64,000 bases of DNA from Heterodontus francisci (taxonomy: Eukaryota). The notes under the pieces were generated by a model. The model was not told where the DNA came from. It saw only the letters and a list, made by a program, of their open reading frames with translations, and did no database searches. Position numbers and translations under genes: made by a program. Shown here piece after piece: positions 61,011 to 64,000 of the stretch (the first letter of the stretch is position 1; the number at the start of each line of letters is the position of its first letter). The stretch covers positions 1 to 64,000 of the forward strand of contig NW_027141363.1 of assembly GCF_036365525.1 (NCBI RefSeq). Direction: 5' to 3'.

Positions 61011-62865
61011 CTCTGGAGGGAGACAGATCCATGTGTTCATTGTGTGAAATCACTGAGCTGTTTTACTGCAGAATATCTAAATGTTCTGAGTGACATTTAC
61101 TGGCCCCTCCTCCCCAGTGTTTCATGTTCCCATTAGTGGGAGGGAAGGGTGAGGGCATGGGTTGCAAATTCCTGATGGTTCATTGACTCCCACATGTTGA
61201 CATGTTGACAGGTCATTTCCGGGGCTGAGCTAAGGAGGCCTCAGGGGAATCCGGGGGGCCTCTGGTCACTATTAAAGACCAGACATGATGAAGTCTAACT
61301 GCGTTTTTCTGTGTGGGTGAAATAGTTGAGAAGTGAAACATTTCAGAAGCAGCCAAGTTGACCTGTGGAGCTGCTGTGGGTGAAGCTCACTCTGTCTGAG
61401 CATGTTCTGGGCAGCGGCTGCAGTGGAGTAACACTGGCACCTAGTGGCTCCAGCTGCAACTGCAAGCACCGATTCTGCAGGCGTTTCAGTGTCAGACCCT
61501 GAACTGGTTTCAGTCATTAGTTATATTCTCCTACTCGACTCGTGTTGGCGCTTGTGGCATAGAACCAGATGCAAGTCAATGCACAGATCGGCGCCATTCG
61601 GCCCCACAGCTCTCTGCTTCACTCCAGCCTCAACCAGTCAAATACATTTTGAAGTGCAGTCACTGTTGTAATGCAGGGAAGGAGGCAGACAAGCTGCAAG
61701 ATCAAGTGCAGGGTTATTCAGAAAGAACAGGGAGTGGGAGTAATTGGACAGGGAGGATGGAAACCAGGGATCATAAATGTAAGGTAGTCCTTAATAAATC
61801 CAATTGGGAATTCAGGAGGAGGTTCTTTAACCCAGGGAGCGGTGAGAATGTGGAATTACAGACCAAATGGAATGGGTTGAGGTCGAATAGAGACGATGCA
61901 GTTAAGGGGGAGCTGAATAAATACATGAGTGAGAAAGGAATAGAAGAATCTGTTGATAGGGTAAGATGAAGAAAGATGGGAGGAGGTCGCTCTTTCGAGC
62001 TGCCAGGCCAGGATCGATGGGCTGAATGGCCTGGATTTGACCTGCATGACACGATGACCCAATAAGACCCGTCAGCCTGCTGCCTTGTTTCGGGGCCAAG
62101 ACAGTTTTATTTCACCCCCTTCTGCTAAACGGGAGTTATAGGGTTAAGTTCTTCACCGCACTGAACTCCAGTCATTGTGAAAATTCTTCACTGTCACTGG
62201 GTCAAAATCCTGAAACTCCCTTCCTAACAGCACTGTGGGTTTACCTACCCTACATGACTGCAGTGGTTCAAGAAGGCAGCTCAGCACCACCTTCTCAATT
62301 AGACGATTAGGGATGGACAATAAATGCTGACCACAACCAAAATCTCATGAATGAAATAAAAAAGAGAAAATAACCTCAGCAGGGGGGAAAAAACTCCAAA
62401 AAATACAACAACATGAAAAACCAAATTGAACAACAACTGAAGCAGGGAAGGAAACAAGTACAACAAAAACCTCAGCAGGGAAAACACCAACAAACACAAC
62501 AACGACCTCAAAAGGAAAACAACGCCAACAAATTCAACAACAGATCAGCAGGAGATTCAAACACCAACAAATTCAACAACAGATCAGCAGAAGATTCAAG
62601 CACTAACAAATTCAACAACCTCAGTCGGAGAAAAGCACCAGCAAATACAACAACAAATACAACAACAACTTCAGCAGCAGATCTATACCAACAAATGCAA
62701 CAGCAACTACTGGCAGCCAATGGTAGAGAGCGGGGCGTGGTAGGAAGGTAGGAAGGTGTTGGACAAACCTGAATCACTTGCTTGAGTCTTCATGTGGCTT
62801 CTCACAAGACTCAACTCTCTTCTTTCCACTGATTTCCCAATTGCAGGATAAGCTTCCAGTGGAAG

Positions 62866-62902
62866 ATGTATCTGTTACTGAGTCTCATGGTCTTATTTCA
62901 AA
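62866..62902 (+). CDS. TRBV: Leader exon of inverted V8 (MYLLLSLMVLFQ)
   Basis: 37-nt phase-1 exon, gtaagg donor; CCAAT and GC box at ~62717-62740. Confidence 0.85.
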
Positions 62903-63062
62903 GTAAGGGATCTTTCTCACCTCCACCCCACACCCCCATTGTTTGTGTTAACAGCTCTCTTTCTTATTTTCTTTCTCTCTATCTTTCTCTCCTTCCTTCA
63001 TTCTTCACATCCCAGATTGTCCCTGTTCACTGACCTTCTTCTCTCCCGGTCTCTTCCTTCAG

Positions 63063-63358
63063 GCGCGATCTCAGCGAGGGTCCGCCAGACTCCCACCGCC
63101 GTCTCCAGATTTCCTGGGGAGGGAGTGGGACTGGAGTGCCGTGTGGAGGGCCAGAGTAGCGGTTACATGTTCTGGTACAGACAGGACCTGGGGAAGGAGC
63201 TGCGGCTGATGTTTTACTCCGCAGTTACACCAAGTGTGAACTCAGAGGGGACGGTGGAGGGTTTCACTGCCAAACGACCGACTGGTTCCCAGTTCAACCT
63301 GGAGTCCTCCAGCCTGCAGGAGAATCGCTCGGCGCTGTATTTCTGTGCCTGGAGTCTG
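63063..63358 (+). CDS. TRBV: V-beta exon V8, CAWS-type, inverted relative to D-J-C
   Basis: ..VRQTP..LEC..YMFWYRQ..YFCAWSL; ccttcag acceptor; 23-RSS cacagtg-23-acaaaaaca (63359-63397). Confidence 0.96.
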
Positions 63359-64000
63359 CACAGTGACTCAGAGAGATGGAGCAGTTCAACAAAAACACCA
63401 ACAGAAACACCTGTTTCAGATAAAAGCCTGCAGCTCTGTATCCTGTTGGGTTTATCTACTGCAGTGTGAACATGTCTTCGACATGAAGAAGACACAGAAA
63501 GATGTTCAAGGATGATATCAGAACTGAGAGGTTATAATGATCAGGAAAAGACTGAATAGACTGGGGCTCTTTTCTCCAGAAAAGAGAAGGCTGAGGAGTG
63601 ACCTGATAGAGCTCTTTAAGATTATGAAACGGGTTTTGATCACATTATTGTGGAGAAGATTTTTTCCATTTGCAGGTGAGACCAGAAAAAGGGGGAGGGG
63701 TCATCAATATAAGACAGTCACCAATAAATCCAATTTGGAATTCGGGAGAAACATCTTCACCCAGAGAGTGGGGAGAATGTGGAACTCATTACCACAGGCT
63801 GAGAGGAATAGGCAAGATGTATTTAAGCTTGGGGGGATGGGGAAGCTGCATCGGACATGAGGGAGAGAGGAACAGAAGGAGATGCGGCTGGGGGCGAGAT
63901 GAAGAGGGCGTGGAACGATGTTCGTGTGGACCAAAAAGGCCTACATGGACGTGTCTGGCCGAATGGTCTGTTTCTGTGCTGTAAATTCCCTGCAGCTGGA

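Noticed and set aside
57598-62751. Q/N/T-rich ORFs at 57598-57870 and 62413-62751
   Set aside because: Translations of AAC-rich minisatellites

Overview
Cartilaginous-fish (shark) T-cell receptor beta (TRB) locus, encoded mostly on the minus strand. The C-region protein matches my recollection of horn shark (Heterodontus francisci) TCR-beta; this is unverified. In transcriptional order (high to low coordinates) it contains: one inverted plus-strand V (63.1-63.4 kb); seven minus-strand V exons with 23-bp RSSs and leader exons from four families (37.8-61.0 kb, largely built by tandem duplication); an orphan leader exon; a ~9.4-kb V-D interval with CTCF-like motifs; D1 (28336-28348); ten J segments; D2 (19039-19051); 18 further J segments plus one doubtful J relic; and a single four-exon C gene (3195 to 49). 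The architecture is V(n)-D1-J(10)-D2-J(18+)-C, two D-J clusters sharing one C. About 22 Js have an open frame, a GT donor and a CAC heptamer. The rest is CR1 and RTE LINE fragments, SINEs and mini/microsatellites, with two N gaps. Most ORFs in the supplied track are repeat-derived or spurious. Segment numbers used here are local labels, not official nomenclature.
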